Origin: Antedon mediterranea
Lineage: Eukaryota > Animalia > Echinodermata
NCBI RefSeq assembly: GCF_964355755.1
Contig: NC_092672.1
Location: 34,478,437 to 34,542,436 of the forward strand
Length of the DNA stretch: 64,000 bases
Direction: 5' to 3'
Shown: positions 33,531 to 48,100 of the stretch, one piece after another
Position numbering within the stretch: the first letter of the stretch is position 1
How the letters are laid out: each line of letters opens with the position of its first letter
Position numbers and translations under genes: made by a program
Notes under the pieces: generated by a model
Seen by the model: only the letters and a program-made list of their open reading frames with translations
Told to the model about the DNA's origin: nothing
Database searches by the model: none

Positions 33531-36249
33531 TTGATTATTACATCTGAAATCAAGGAAGGCAAAGTTAAAAACAAAAATCGGATCAATTTTGTGATTTTCT
33601 CCCTTTAAAACTTCCTTGCATCTACATCAACTTTAAATAATAGAGATTGCAAAATATTATACAACATAAGGTTTTCCTATGTAAGACATGACACCAATTT
33701 TGTGTGCAATTTCATATAGTTGTTGTTATTATACTATTCAACTCACTGTTCCTTTTAAATAATACTTTCTTATATTGAAAAACACTGTCTTTTTCAAACA
33801 ATTGTTTTATTCAAATTCCGTAGATGTTAAAAATTTAAATACATTGATTCCACTGTATAACATCAAGTATTTAAGAAGCCTATATTATCGTTTTTATTCT
33901 ATCATATGGTACGATTGTTTTTACGAGCTGGAAAAGAACGTCGGCCGACAATGCCAGGCAGATTTATGTAAGTGGAGGCTATTATGATTTCTGTGATATC
34001 TTTATATACAAATTTCCAGTTTCAAGTAGGTATTTGCAAGACCCTTAGAAGCTGCAATAAAAAGCTAGTAGATTTAGTCTTTTACATTCATAGTTTTTCA
34101 AAGTTTAATTAATATATCTTGCCTAATTTTGTATTGTATATTCAGAGGGCGCTAAACACATCATTGACAATTTTCTGGAGTAAGCTTAAATTAAAATTGA
34201 GGATAAATTATACTGAATATTAATTTGTTTAGCGATTAAACGTAGCAATAATACTGATCCAAGTACAAGACATTTTTTTTCGCACCCATCCTTAGATGTT
34301 TCTTTTATCATGAACCAAATAGCGCCCTCTGGATATATTAAACTTTTTGCATTGGGTTTGATATTGATTTCAGTAAAATAGTGTTTGTAAAATTGTTGCC
34401 AGGTTATTCAGAAAAATTTGCATAATTTTAATTTTAAAGCCAATTTGTAATGTCTGTATGCAAATTTAAATAGTTAGTCTGTTTGTGTGTACTATATAAA
34501 GGAGAAAAACACTGTTAATTAGAGTCGTTTATAAAAACTGAGATTGTTTATGTAGAAAATTACGTCATTAAATCTACGATTCCACTTGAGCAAGTGAATT
34601 GAAATGAGGAAAATCATGTGACCGCACTCATTTTCAATTTTGATATGTGTAAACGCCGGCACTAACTTGATTAGTGTTTAATTTTTATCTCAATCTTGGT
34701 TTTAAAATATTCTACTATATCAATTATCATAATTTCTAGTTCATAATTGATATGGTTGATAAATGATATGTAAACATAATATTATATTGCTCTTGTATTG
34801 TGAAATCAATATTTGTACAGATTTGACATATCTACTGTAGCAGGTCATTAATAAAACCCCGGTTAATACAGAAGCTGTTGGCAACCAAAGATTATTTGTT
34901 TTTCTATGCTCGTCGTTGTTGATGAATTAAATTTTCTAAAGATGGAGGTTCTTTTATTATGATTGGATCCCAGTGCAGGACCGTAGCCACCAGTTCGATG
35001 AAGATTCGTTGCGTACTTTTTTTTCTAATTGTAAATTGTAAACAGATCGTGCTCAACATAAAAATTATTAGAATAGGAACATTAACAACAAGCTTTTTCG
35101 TTAAGAACAATCTAAAAATACTCTGTTAAAGGTAAAATCCCGATTGGATACGACAAATGTTTCAACCTGACCACTTTTTCTTTGACAACCCAGTGGCTTG
35201 AACAGAGATTGTTCTCTTTTCTTGTGAAAACCGGATCACTTATTTCTTGTGGCTACATCATTGCAGTAGCATGCAACGTTTCGACCAATCACAAGCGATG
35301 AATTATTCAAACCGTCACTTGTCATTGGTTAACTCACTTGCATTGGGTTTACATCCTTGCGTTGTGCTTTAAATTACAGTTCCTCATTTCGAAGAAAATA
35401 ATCATGTTTTATAAATAGTTTGGAATGCAATAGTGTACTCTACTAATCTGCTATGCCTCCCACTCAGGGGTTTTGATGCAAAGATTTATAGGTAATAATA
35501 GTAATAATATTTGTTTTAAAGCTCTGTCTACACTATTAAACTTTATGTGACAAAAAAATGTGCCTATATATGGACATGATACAAGATAACTTATGATGTC
35601 ATATCACTACCATATTTTGGAATATCACTACCATATTTGGGCACGTCACACCTTTTTTTGTCAATCTAGTTTAATAGTGTAGACATAGCTTTATATAGCG
35701 CTTATTGCACAATGCTTCTAATTGTGCTTCACATTTTTACCCCAATCATTTTTTTTTGGATCAAACACGTATGGAAACATACTCCTATAATGCAGCTAGT
35801 AATCAACGCAATGTTGTGTCTTGATCTAACCGGGTACCCATTTATACACCTGGGTGGAGAAAGACAAATGTAAGTGTCTTGCCTATACAAGCAATGTGGC
35901 AAGATTTGGATTCAAACTCACGATCGGTAATCCAACGTCCAACACACTGTGCCATATGAAATTTGTATGTAATGTAATCAGATTTTGAGTTGACATGGAT
36001 TTCCTGCATCTATTTTTGTTTACATATCTTGGTGAGTAGATGCGAGTGGTTGGCTACAACAAATATTAAGATGGTTAAAGGTCTCTCAACAACATCAAAT
36101 ATGTATGCTAATTAGGAATGGTCTTGATTAAATAAAAGCTGACTGGTACTGCCTCCGCAGCAGTCACTAAAATAGAAGACACGTACAGTGTTTTTTTTCG
36201 ATCTATTACAATTTTGACTTCGTTTTAGAAGGTTTTGAAGTGTGCACTT

Positions 36250-36578
36250 TGATGTATTGTCCCCTGAAAATTTTTTATATTTTGTTGTTGAATATGCCAC
36301 CTTAATGTCACATAATAGTTATTCACTTTGACCAAAAAAAATTGGATGGGAAAAATAATTATTTAACTGAAAAAACTGTAATTTAAAGCAAAAAAACAAT
36401 CAAATTGGTTGCCAGACAATTGGTTTTTTAGTTAAAGTTAACCGTTTATTTTGTCATTTTATAACTGAAAAAATAATTTTTTTGATTATTTTTTTTCTAA
36501 TGAAATGATTAACTTATTCAAAGTCTGATTTTATTATTAAATCATTCATTTCATTTTTTTTGAGAGACAATACATCTT
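36250..36578. mobile_element. Kolobok-like MITE (AGATGTATTGTCCCC family), opposite orientation
   Basis: GATGTATTGTCCCC ... GACAATACATCT|TTAA. The internal sequence is the reverse complement of the 17226 copy. Confidence 0.65.
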
Positions 36579-36738
36579 TAACACAATAGTATGGTCAACA
36601 CTATTGAAATGTGTGAAACAGTAGGTGAAAATAAGGCTGGATTTAATGTTGGTGCTACCATGTATTTAACCTTTGACCAGTCAAAGCTGCACTTAGCAGT
36701 AAAGTACCTTTATACGTTGATATATTATATTTATCGTA

Positions 36739-37182
36739 AGGGCGTGTGGCGCAGTGTGTTCGACTACTGATCGTGAGATCGAGGTTTGAGTCCTACTCTC
36801 ACCGCATTGCTTGTATCCTTAGGAAAGATACTTTAATTGGGGTGGAGTTGTGGCTTGGTGGTAGTAATGCTTAGCTACCACTCCAAGGGCCATGGGTTCA
36901 AGTCCTGTCACATATGTCAGGATTTTTTCTAGGGACAAAATTACAACGCCACTACCAAAAACTTGTAATAAGACTGTGTTTATGTAGAGCATCTTGTGTA
37001 TATGTTTGTCTTGTGAACCTCTGAGGGTCCCTAATGATCAGCAATTGCTGTATGGATCACCCTCATCAAATATGGTAAAAAAAAAAAATTACATTTGCCT
37101 CTCTCCACCCATGAGGTGTAATAATGTTCAGTGCTTAGAGGTTTCACAACATTAGGGGCTATATAAATCCTGAATATTATTA
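36739..37182 (+). mobile_element. CORE-type SINE with a second tRNA-derived SINE nested in it
   Basis: tRNA-like head, then GTATCCTTAGGAAAGATACTTTA...TTGCCTCTCTCCACCCA and an L2-like tail GCTATATAAAT...TATTATT. It is interrupted at about 36838-37090 by another element with A and B boxes and an A-rich tail. Minus-strand relatives at about 35695-35950 and 37645-37770. Confidence 0.55.
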
Positions 37183-39181
37183 TTTTTAACTTGTCTGAAG
37201 CTCCCTATTTGCCATTTAGTGGAAATATTTTCAACATCATTTGCATTGTGTAATAATATATTAACTGGTACTAATAAAATAAATTATAAATAATAAACAA
37301 ATAATTACAGCAATCAACATTGACATTGCAAATCCTACAAATCCTATATTTTGAATTCTCATTTTTACCAAGCATTTGTGGGTAGTGGTTTCCGGGTCAA
37401 CTTGTTCATTTCTTTACTTATCAAACCTATAGTATTTCCCTATCTAAATACAGTAATCGTATAATATGAATATGTATAACAATATGAACATACAGGATGT
37501 TATGTACAGTATAAATAAAGGTACAGTACTGTACATTTAACACCTCCTTTGGGGAATCCCCTCTTCTGGGGAATCCCCTCTTCATGGGCCTCTGCAACTC
37601 ATGCATGTACAGTACTGTATTAATACAGTAATAATAATATTCATTTTTATATAGCGCTTATTGCTCAATGCTTCCAAGCGCTTCACATTACTGTATTACC
37701 CCATTTTTTTTGGAATAAACACGTATGAAAACATACTCCCATAATGCAGCTAGTAATCAGTTGTGTCTTGTCTTTCATAGAAAAAAAACCAGATTTCTAG
37801 ACATTATAATTACATGAATTAATCAATGAAGTATTGAATGAAAATTGCTCACAAATTATTAAAAATATACTACAGTATCATAGCGATTCTATTTTGCATT
37901 TGTTGCAACAGAGAACAATGTGAAAGAAAAAGGTATACAAATAATTGTTATCTTAATTTATTCAATACTATCGATCTTCTGATAATTGGTATTGCCCCCT
38001 CTATAGAATTATATACAGTTAGTGATCATTAAATAATTGTATCGATAGTTAGTATTGTGCCCTCTAGAGTTTATAATAAGAGTGTTTTTCATATCATGTG
38101 GAGTGTTCCATGGCCTGTGTGAATGATAGGACGAAGGGGACTTTTTATTTTGTTCTTCTCAGTAGAGGATTGTAATGGGTATGGCTGTACTTAGCCCACT
38201 ATATTACTACTTGAGACACACCTGTTCTCAGTTTTGGTTTTTTAATAAATGCCGAGTACCCTATACCGTACATAACACTAGTCATGTTTGTTATATACCA
38301 TGTATTTCTAATGCTCTGTCTACACTATACAAACTTTGGTGAAAAAAAAATGCAATATGCCCATAAATAAATATGGATATAATGATGTCATATCACTACC
38401 ATATTTGAGAATATCACTGCCATATTTGGGCACATCACACATTTGTGTCTAACTAGTTTGATAGTGTAGACAGAGCTTTAGGGAAATAAATAAAAGTGTT
38501 TTTTTTGTAAACGCACAAACCTAAATGATGAGTACATTTTATTACATAAACATAAAAAATATATTGCGTTTCGTACGTATAACACTTGAGTTGGGTACAG
38601 ACAAAGTGAAGTACTACTAAGATAAAAATTACAAGAGATTTAAAAAGATAAAAAAACTAGAGGTACAGTATACAGAAGCAGACCAAAAAAATGAAAATAA
38701 ATCTACAAATAAATAAAATAGTCACAATGCAATTAAATGAATTTTATTCAATAAATCCACAGAAAAATAGTTTAACATAAATATGTTTTAATCTGGAACA
38801 ATTAAGATGAGTGGAAAAATATTTAGCTATAGGGTAAAAAATAGAACATTATTACTGTACTGATTTGGGTATATGATCTGGTTGGGTGATGAGCAATAAA
38901 GTGTATGCTAACAATTCATACATTGACAAGTTATTAGTGGGGTTATAACTGTTTGAGTGGGGCTATAACTGAGCCAGTACAGCATATTATTAGTAGGCAC
39001 TTATAAAACCCACTTGGCTAAAAATGCAACTCGGAACTCAGCTATCTTTATGCTACACAGTGGCTACACACTAAGAAAAGGCACATAATGTTAGGTGTAG
39101 TAGAGAACATGCAGATATTTCTTCAATGAGATGTACCCATTGAGCATTATTGTTTAAATTGTGGAAATATTTAGTTGAATA

Positions 39182-42100
39182 TTATAAATCTTGGGCTGCA
39201 ACACTTTGTTTCAAATATTCGCTGTAAAGCTTCTCCTGAAATAAACAAGAAAAAAGGTTATTATTAATGGGAAGGTACATGATATTGTCTGCCGATATAT
39301 TGTTGAATGTTCAATCTAAAGCTCTGTCTGCACTATCAAACTTTATGTGACAAAAAATTGCAATGTTCCCATAAATGGACATGATGATGTCATATCACAC
39401 TTTTTTGTTGTCAAATTAGCTGGATAGTGATAGTGTAGACAGAGCTTTACAATCTAAAGATGTAAATTTAATGTGCACATATATGGACATGATGTCATAA
39501 TATTACTAGCATATTTGGGCAAACTGGTTTGATAGTGTAGACAGAGCTTTAGCTTACAAAACAGAATTATAATATCTGTTTGAAGGCCTACTGGACGTTC
39601 TTTTGTATGTCAATAGGTGATAATAGATTATTCTTACTTTTGTTGTTTTCACATGGTTCTGCACATACTCTTTCTCTTCGTTCAGGACACGCTTTTGCTT
39701 CCTCGTCAAAGTTGGACGTAATCTGTCAAAGGTTAAATGTCAAAGGTTACAAATTATATATTATTTGTAATGATTAGTCACTGTTTGGAGGAACACACCT
39801 AATTGGTAACAGTGGTTTAGGCTGCTTTTGTGCTTTCCTGGCAGCTAGTGACTATGATTTTATATTTTCTTTTGCGTTGCGTTTGTTTAATTTGTTGATT
39901 TGTATTATAATTTGTAAAATGTATCTTTTGCCTGAATAAATAATAATAACAATAAATTAAATTTAAAAAATTTGAAAATCCTACTTAGCACAACTTACAC
40001 CTTGTATTATTTTATTATCATCAAAATATGCAATGTATTGAAAAAATACTGTAATATCATAATAACATAAATTGAATTGTATGTACAATATACAGTGGAC
40101 TCTCCCAATACCAGACTTTTCTTGAAGTCCAAACAGTCCCAAATTCATTTTTACCATTAAAAACACATTCCCAATACCAGACTTTCTGGAAAACCAGACA
40201 TATTAGGCCAGCCCAATGTATTGGGAGAGTTGACTGTATTGCATAATAATTTTGTATCAATGTAGAACAAATATTTACCTTGTAGAGAAGTTAGCAATGA
40301 GGATTAGAAGGAATGACAAGAAAAAGAGGAATCCTAAGGCATGCCAGTGATAATCAGATGGTATGAGATGCCACGACCGCTCCACAGGTCCCTGAGAAAT
40401 AAAAACATGACATCATTATTACAGGTGACAAAAAAAAAAAAAAAACCACACGCATAATTAAATGATGGTGTTACATTACTGGACTAACTCAAGAATTTAG
40501 ACAGTGGTACAAGTAATATAAAAAATGTATTTTTAGTATATGAAAAGCTACTATGGTTTGGTCCTCTTTCTCCCTCCCTCCTTTTTATTAAGCTTTGTCC
40601 AATCCAAGGGATGTGTCAGTATGTGAAATCATAGAGAAATGGCCAATAAACGCATATATGTAAATTAGTGGTGCTGTAGCTTGGTCCAATCCTGACCTAG
40701 TGCCAGGGTTTAATCCTGACCTAGTGCCAGGGTTCAATCCTGACCTAATGTCAGGTTTCAATCCTGACCTAGTGCCAGGGTTTAATCCTGACCTAATGTC
40801 AGGTTTCAATCCTGACCTAGTGTCAGGGTTCAATCCTGACCTAGTGCCAGGGTTCAATCCTGACCTAGTGCCAGGGTTCAATCCTGACCTAGTGCCAGGG
40901 TTGTAACTCACGACTCTTTCAACTCCACTCCCTGAGCCTCAAATAAGACTTAGTTTATAGGCACGATAAATTATTAAATAGTTTATCCATCCTGTAATTG
41001 GCAAGTTTCTCGCGGATGCGTATGAAATAAAAAAATATATTAAAAATTAAAGTTTCCTTACCAAATATAACTTTATAACGTCTGTGGCATGATCTCCCAG
41101 GAAAGAATCAATTACTTCTTTTGAGACACTGCTAGCTAGAAAATTGATGAAAAGTAAGAGAGGAAGACACAGCCCCAACACGTTAAAGATGAATGCTTTT
41201 CCCCTAGCCCTCAGATTGTACGAGTTTGCTTGTCTGAAGAGGGAAAAAAAAATGTTTATTCCTGGATGTCTAAAAATAGATTATGGTGGGTAGCAATATC
41301 GTTAATAATAACAGCTCTAGAGGCTATAGGCTTCTATAGGTGGGCGCTAGGTGGGTGAAAATTAAGGTGGATAGATCAATCAATAAAGATAAATCTATGT
41401 TCATTTTGTAATATTCCATAACATTTCAGATGTATAATATTTACTGTACTTCCTCTCCTCTTTTCTCATTATTTGGAGTCAGTTTTATAATATTTATTTA
41501 TTCGTTTTATTTATTGGTACTGTAAGTGAAAAGATAACTAATTCTAAAATTAATTTTATGTTCATGTCTAATTTTCAGAAATTATAGATTACACATTGTA
41601 TTGATAACATTTATTATATCATTTTGATAACTAGTAGCATAGCATAATGCTCCAATCTAGTTTATTTGTGTGTTAAAATAATAAGGTCAACATTCAGCCT
41701 AGAAAATAGAAAAATAAATCTGTCTAATATATGTAATACCTTTTGATCATATAACCTAGACAAAATCCATTTTGAAAAATAGGCTCATAATGCTGTCTTA
41801 ATTATGTGACTTAAAAGCCTTTTACAGGCAGAGTTCAAACATTAATATGTGAACTTTTATGATTTATGGGTTTCTTTTAGTCTTGGTATTTTGTCATGCA
41901 TGAACAAATATTGTCAAGTATTTGAACTTGTTTATAATATGTTAATTCAATTCAGAATTGTAAAACATACTTATACGAGAGTTAATCGTAAATATAGTTC
42001 CATTTCTCTGTGCAATTGAAGTTATATCCCGAAAAAATCAGAAACTGTTTCAAGATTAGAGGTCCAATATTTCTTATCTTTCTTTGCTGTGTACAAGTCG

Positions 42101-45100
42101 TGACTTAATACAGTCTACCATATTTGAGCACATAACACTCTTTTTAGTTTGATAGTGTAGACAGAGCTTAATAGGTTTCTTCAAGGGCTTTTCCTACCCA
42201 ATTTAATTGCTTAAAATTTTAATTTGCCATTACCTGTCATCATGCAGGGATTCATCTATAAGTTCTGAGATCTGTTGGCAGTCTTTCTCCAGTGTATTCA
42301 GCGTGTTTTGTATCGTTTGGTTGATGTTCTTCTCGATTGTCTTGCACACCTCTTCAATTTGATTGACACAACGACTCTTAAAAAAAGGCCAAAGTTTTTA
42401 GTTAAAATTAATTTTAAATTTGGCCACTGTTTATTAATTCATTTATGTCCTTTATTTTTGGATATAACATCCATATAAAACATAGAAAACAGAATGAGAA
42501 AAAATTCACAAGGAAATTAACAGTATCTTCCACAAAAATATCCTAATATACCAATTCGCAGCTAACGCAGGTTGGATTGTTTATTGTCTATGGTTTTAAT
42601 TAAACTATGATCATTTATTATAACCTTTGAATATAGTATTATTCTATTGTTCAATAAAGCATCCCTTTAATAAGGGTTTGGAGTTGCAGTACTCTATACA
42701 CATTTCTCATTAGTTTCACAGTGTCCACTTCTTAAAGCCTTGTCTACACTATTCAACTGTTTGACAAAAAAAGTGTGATGTGCCCAAATATGCTAGTGAT
42801 ATGATATCATGTCCATCTATGGCCACATCACATTTTTTTGTCACATAAAGTTTGATAGTATAGACAAGGCTTTAAGAGAGTCCCCACTGTACTTTGAATT
42901 CTTCTTCAATCTGAAGCCCACGGGCTTTTATGAAATAAGTATCATGTAGCATATTTTAGTTGTATTTACCTTTGTTGTACTAGTAGGATTTGGTACATAG
43001 ATTGTAGGCATATCAAAGCATGTTTTATTCAGCCCAGGTCGTTTGCATAATTCTTGAACTATTTGCATCATGACACGCTGAAAGAATGCAAAATAATATG
43101 ATTAATAAATACATGTATTATAGAATATTACCTGTGCCTGTATGCTGTATGAATACTAAATAATTTAAATTATTACAATGGTATTGTTTTAATACATGTC
43201 CGTATCTATGAATACGAAGATTACTAAAAAACATCAACTCTAAAAAATTACCACTAAAGACATTCTTTACCTAATTTAAAGAAAAAAAACCCTCAATTTA
43301 AGTTTAAATCACACATTGTTTGATTCATATATTAATCACATGTGAATTCAACAGAGTAATGTATAAAGTCCTGTCCACACTATCAAACTTTATGGGATAA
43401 AAAAAATGTGATGTGCCCATATATGATGATGTCATAATACTACTATACTGTATTTCATCATATCACTACCATATTTGGGCACATCACCCTTTTTTGTCAA
43501 ACTAGTTTGATAGTGTAGGCAGAGCTTAAGGAAGACAGTTTACGTTATAAGCAAAACAGCTTAAGCTAAAAATATATTTTGACATTTCCGGAATATAGTT
43601 GACTTTGACTAACCCCACATCAATCAATTTGTACAGTGGTCACACATTGGTAATGGTGTTTGTGTAATGTCTAGGCTAATCCAAAAGAAAATACAGTGAT
43701 TGTATATTTGCTAATACTTAATGTCGCCAAATGATAATTGCTAGAATTGATAGAATATATTATCCTTTTTATGAATGCTAAATCTTAAGGCTCTGTCTAC
43801 ACTATCAAACTAGTTTGACAAAAAAAAGTGTGATGTGCGCAAATATGGCAGTGATATGACATCATCATATCCATATATGGACACATCACTATTAAGTTTG
43901 ATAGTGTAGTGTAATAAATACAGTTGTTTTGAAACAAGGAACAGTACAGTACTGACATTATAAATATACCTGTATAGACTAATAGGAAAGATACCCATTC
44001 CTGGGACTTTTTAGATGTAGTTTTTTAAAAGCTCTTTCCAGTGCAATTGTGTTCAACAAACATACACAATCTTTTTCTTTATAGTATAGATACGTTTAAA
44101 AGCAATGCCATATTAGACCTAATTGGTATTAACAATTTACAGATTAGGTAACAATTTACAGATTAGGTAACAATTTACAGATTAGGAAACAATTTACAGA
44201 TTAGGTAACATTTATTAATAATAAACATCTATATCCCTTTCAATCTCATCTGCAATGAAAAGTTTAAAAATGACATGACCTCTGGATTTTAGTATTTGAA
44301 ACATGGAGAACTTCTGTTGTTTTCATAAATGAAATTTAAAACTAAATTCACAAGCAAATGCATGATCTGATGAAAAATTATACTTTAGTTTTATCGTACA
44401 AGGTAATTTCAGAAGTGATCTAGTAGAATAGATCCAAACCAACAATGTTTTCAATAAAAATTCATAAGAGATTGTGCAATTTATGACTATATATATTTAC
44501 AATCTAATAGGAAAGTAGAGGTCATTATATTGGTTGAAAATCGTATTTTTTTTAAACATGAATACAAAATACATATACAGGACAGGGAATAATTTCGCAA
44601 GTGTAGCATAGCAAAAAGCTATACAAAACAACCTTATAGTTACACATTTCTACAATTGTGTAGCTAAAAATATGATAGAAAACTATGTTTCTTGACTCAA
44701 GAAGTTTGATTAGCAATATTGCTAAACAAAATTTTAAAATGAAATTTTTCCCCTGATATAGTACTTGATTGTGTAACAAAAACAGAATAGAGGGTTTTTC
44801 TCATAAGCTGATATATAGTGAAATTGCTTACTTTAATTATTCAATAAAGATAAGACTCCTATGTATACATATTAAAATAGGAATGCGTAGGCAACTGTGA
44901 AACACCCACATCAAATATGCCAATTTTACGACTAATACAACTGAAACGAAATGAATATATTACAATACATGTCGACAGTACAATTCAATAAAATGGAATT
45001 TAGAAAATTGGATATCAGAAAAATACCAATTTATTTTCTGATAAATAGCCTACAATAAATAAACTGTTACATGTTAAAAAACTTGATTTAATATGTTTTG

Positions 45101-48100
45101 TCTTGTCGTTCATATGATAAAATAATGGTAGGCAGCACACAATTGTTTATCATCAATTTATTTATTGTTTGTCTGTCTTTAATGTTTATGTGGGTGTACG
45201 TAAAAAGCAGGAGCAGGATGTTGCGAAATGCACGTTGTTAATTATGATCAATTAAAATTGTCGAGAATAACTCTGATAATGAGATGAAGGCTAGCGGTGG
45301 AAAGATGAGTTCGTTGGAGCAAAGTGAGAGAAGGAACAGGTTGAGATATCAAATTAGAATTTCATAAATTATTATAGAATTTATAACATTTTTTTTTAGT
45401 AGTTGTGCATATATTTAATATATATAAACACATCAGGCAAAGAACATTGATTCTAAACCGCCCGGTGATATACTGAAATTTAATATATTAATTTGAAACG
45501 ATAAAGATGAGGGAATCTGTGAGAATGAGAAAATGTCGCCCCAACCGAGACTCGAACCTGGAACCTTCTGCTTGATATGCAGATGTCCTAACCATAATAG
45601 ACCAATGGGGCTTTCATAATATTGTTCAAACTCGTATAGATATATTGTGTATATCTATGTACTACTACCAATACCAACGAAAGTGTTATTATTCTATAAC
45701 AATTAATGCCATTTGTTCGGTGTCTGCTAATTTAAATATTGTACAATCTGCCTTGCATTAAAAGTCCAATATGCAAAACAGCAAATTATTACATATTTAA
45801 TATATATTGTACAGAATCTATACACTGAGTGGTGTGGAAAGATGGCCTATTAATATTTAGCATCTCTGTGAAATTTGATCTATTACACATAAATTACAGT
45901 CAGCAGGTGAAGACACTTATTTTATCTTGTCTCAAATAATGACGATGCAAAAACAGACAATCTTAATAGTCCCCTCAAAGCATTCTATTTGACAATTTTG
46001 ACAAAGCTCTGTTTACACTATTAAACTCGTTTGATAAAAAAATTTCCCAAATATGGTAGTGATGTTCCCAAATATGGTAGTGATATGACATCATCATTGT
46101 ACTTTTTATTCGTTTTTGTTTTTCTGTTTGTTCCTGGATGTTTTTAAATTTTTATCGTTTTATACATTTTAATGTAAATACACAGTAATTCAGCTTAGGC
46201 TGCGATAGTGATATTTAATAAAAGAATAAAATATATGGGCAAATCACATTTTATTATCACATAAATTTATAGAAATGTATTGTGCTAGGACTTGATTGTC
46301 TCAATTACCTGTCGGTCATTCTCTGGTCCAGCTTCGTCGGCTTTGCTCAAGAAGAATCGCATACGGTCACTATGCTGTTCATTGAGTTTTTCAACAATGT
46401 TTAATGTACGTTTACATAACGCTTGACCAATTGGATCGAAGAACACAAATATAAGGTCGGCCAAGTTACCTGCAAGAGGAGACATATTGAACATAAATAA
46501 TCATACTATATTCAATTCAATTCACATTTATTTATTTACTCATCGTGTATAAATAAAATTTCATAATGATGCATAATCTGTATTTTTGCTGGGTGCATAA
46601 TAGAGTGGGACGTTTTTTCATCACACTTCATACACATAGACATAGTTGTGAGTCGAGTGAGCGGGACGAGAAGTAATCAGTCAAAAACTACTTTACTTGT
46701 ATATTTTTTAAGCCTACAAATACCCAACCAGAACAGCCTCCATTTCTTTTTATGCTTGTGTCACCTATTTGGTACCCTTCTTTTATCTTTTTATGGCAAC
46801 TTTTTCCTGATTTAAAAGTACTGTAATTTACACAATATGTCTTCAATAAGTTTTCAAAAAATAAATTATTCTTTTATATGGCTTCAATAAAAGATAATAA
46901 AAAATATTAATAGTATCATGCAGAAATTTCACAAATAAAATAACCATAATAATTAATATATAATTAGTATTCAATATCTAATCCAATATCGACATATATG
47001 AGGAATTTTGAAAATCTAGTCTAATCTAATAGATTTCATTATTGACAAAGATAAAACTGCATATTATTACGTTTTAATTTAACCATCCAATTGAAAGATA
47101 AAGAATATATATCAACCACAGTTTACTTTTATATAGTACATTTTGCTTGATTAATTTAGACTATAAACAAAATGGCCGCTCCACTACAGACAAAGCTTGC
47201 AATACAAACCAAAATTTAAGCCTCAGTCAGACTTAATGAGAAACGTATGTCGATACAAAGCATCAATATCCTTTGATCCTGTGTCGGTTTTAAACCGTTA
47301 GATGTAAGAATATTAATGGAAGCCATTATATAAGGGAATTACTAACCCAGCCAGAGAATGGACTTGTCCACATCGAAGGGATATTTCATGTCGCCATCGA
47401 CGAGGCCGGGTGTGTCGACAAACGTTACCAGCGAGAATTTCTTCTGTTTGGATGTTGTTATTTCAGTGTTCAAGTATTCAACAACTCCTATAGAAGAAAA
47501 AAATAACATTCAAATAATTTTTTAACAATATTTTTATATATTTATGGAAGTATTTTAACTACAAGATGAGTTATATGATTAAATAAAGAAATAAATATTG
47601 GTAAAAACTGGTAACTACAATAGCAATATGAAAAAAAGAAAATGGCTGTGGTCACAAAGCTGACAATATAATGTAATAATCAACATTAGAACATGATAAA
47701 AATAATGATGATGAAATTGATAATGACAACAGGATTATGATTAAGACAACAATGATAAAGATTTTACTAATAATTTATACTTTATTATTATTTATAAAAC
47801 TTATCATTAATATATCAAATTCAATTCTAAAAAAAATAGAAATAACAAAAAAAACCATTTTTATCATTTAAAAATAAATGCATAAAAATGGACATATCAA
47901 ATATTAATTGACACTAAACAGGACATCAAAACTGACACATTAATCTATTATTATTATGTAAATGAGCGTCCAACGTCACTTTAACATGAAAATAAACATA
48001 GCCATTGTATTACGTCATTTGTCATGTGATCGCGGTTTGAAACACTTTGGTTAAATCCCTCCTAATCCATCCAGAGATGTACATGTAGATGGCACAACAA

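Noticed and set aside
34137-34337. Inverted repeat CAGAGGGCGCTA/TAGCGCCCTCTG downstream of UBE2L3
   Set aside because: Probably a small MITE, but it is a single copy here with an unclear TSD, so no family was assigned.
40588-40911. GLNPGTRS-repeat ORFs and a CRISPR-like appearance
   Set aside because: This is a 24-bp tandem repeat inside a SINE. There are no unique spacers, no cas genes, and the context is eukaryotic.
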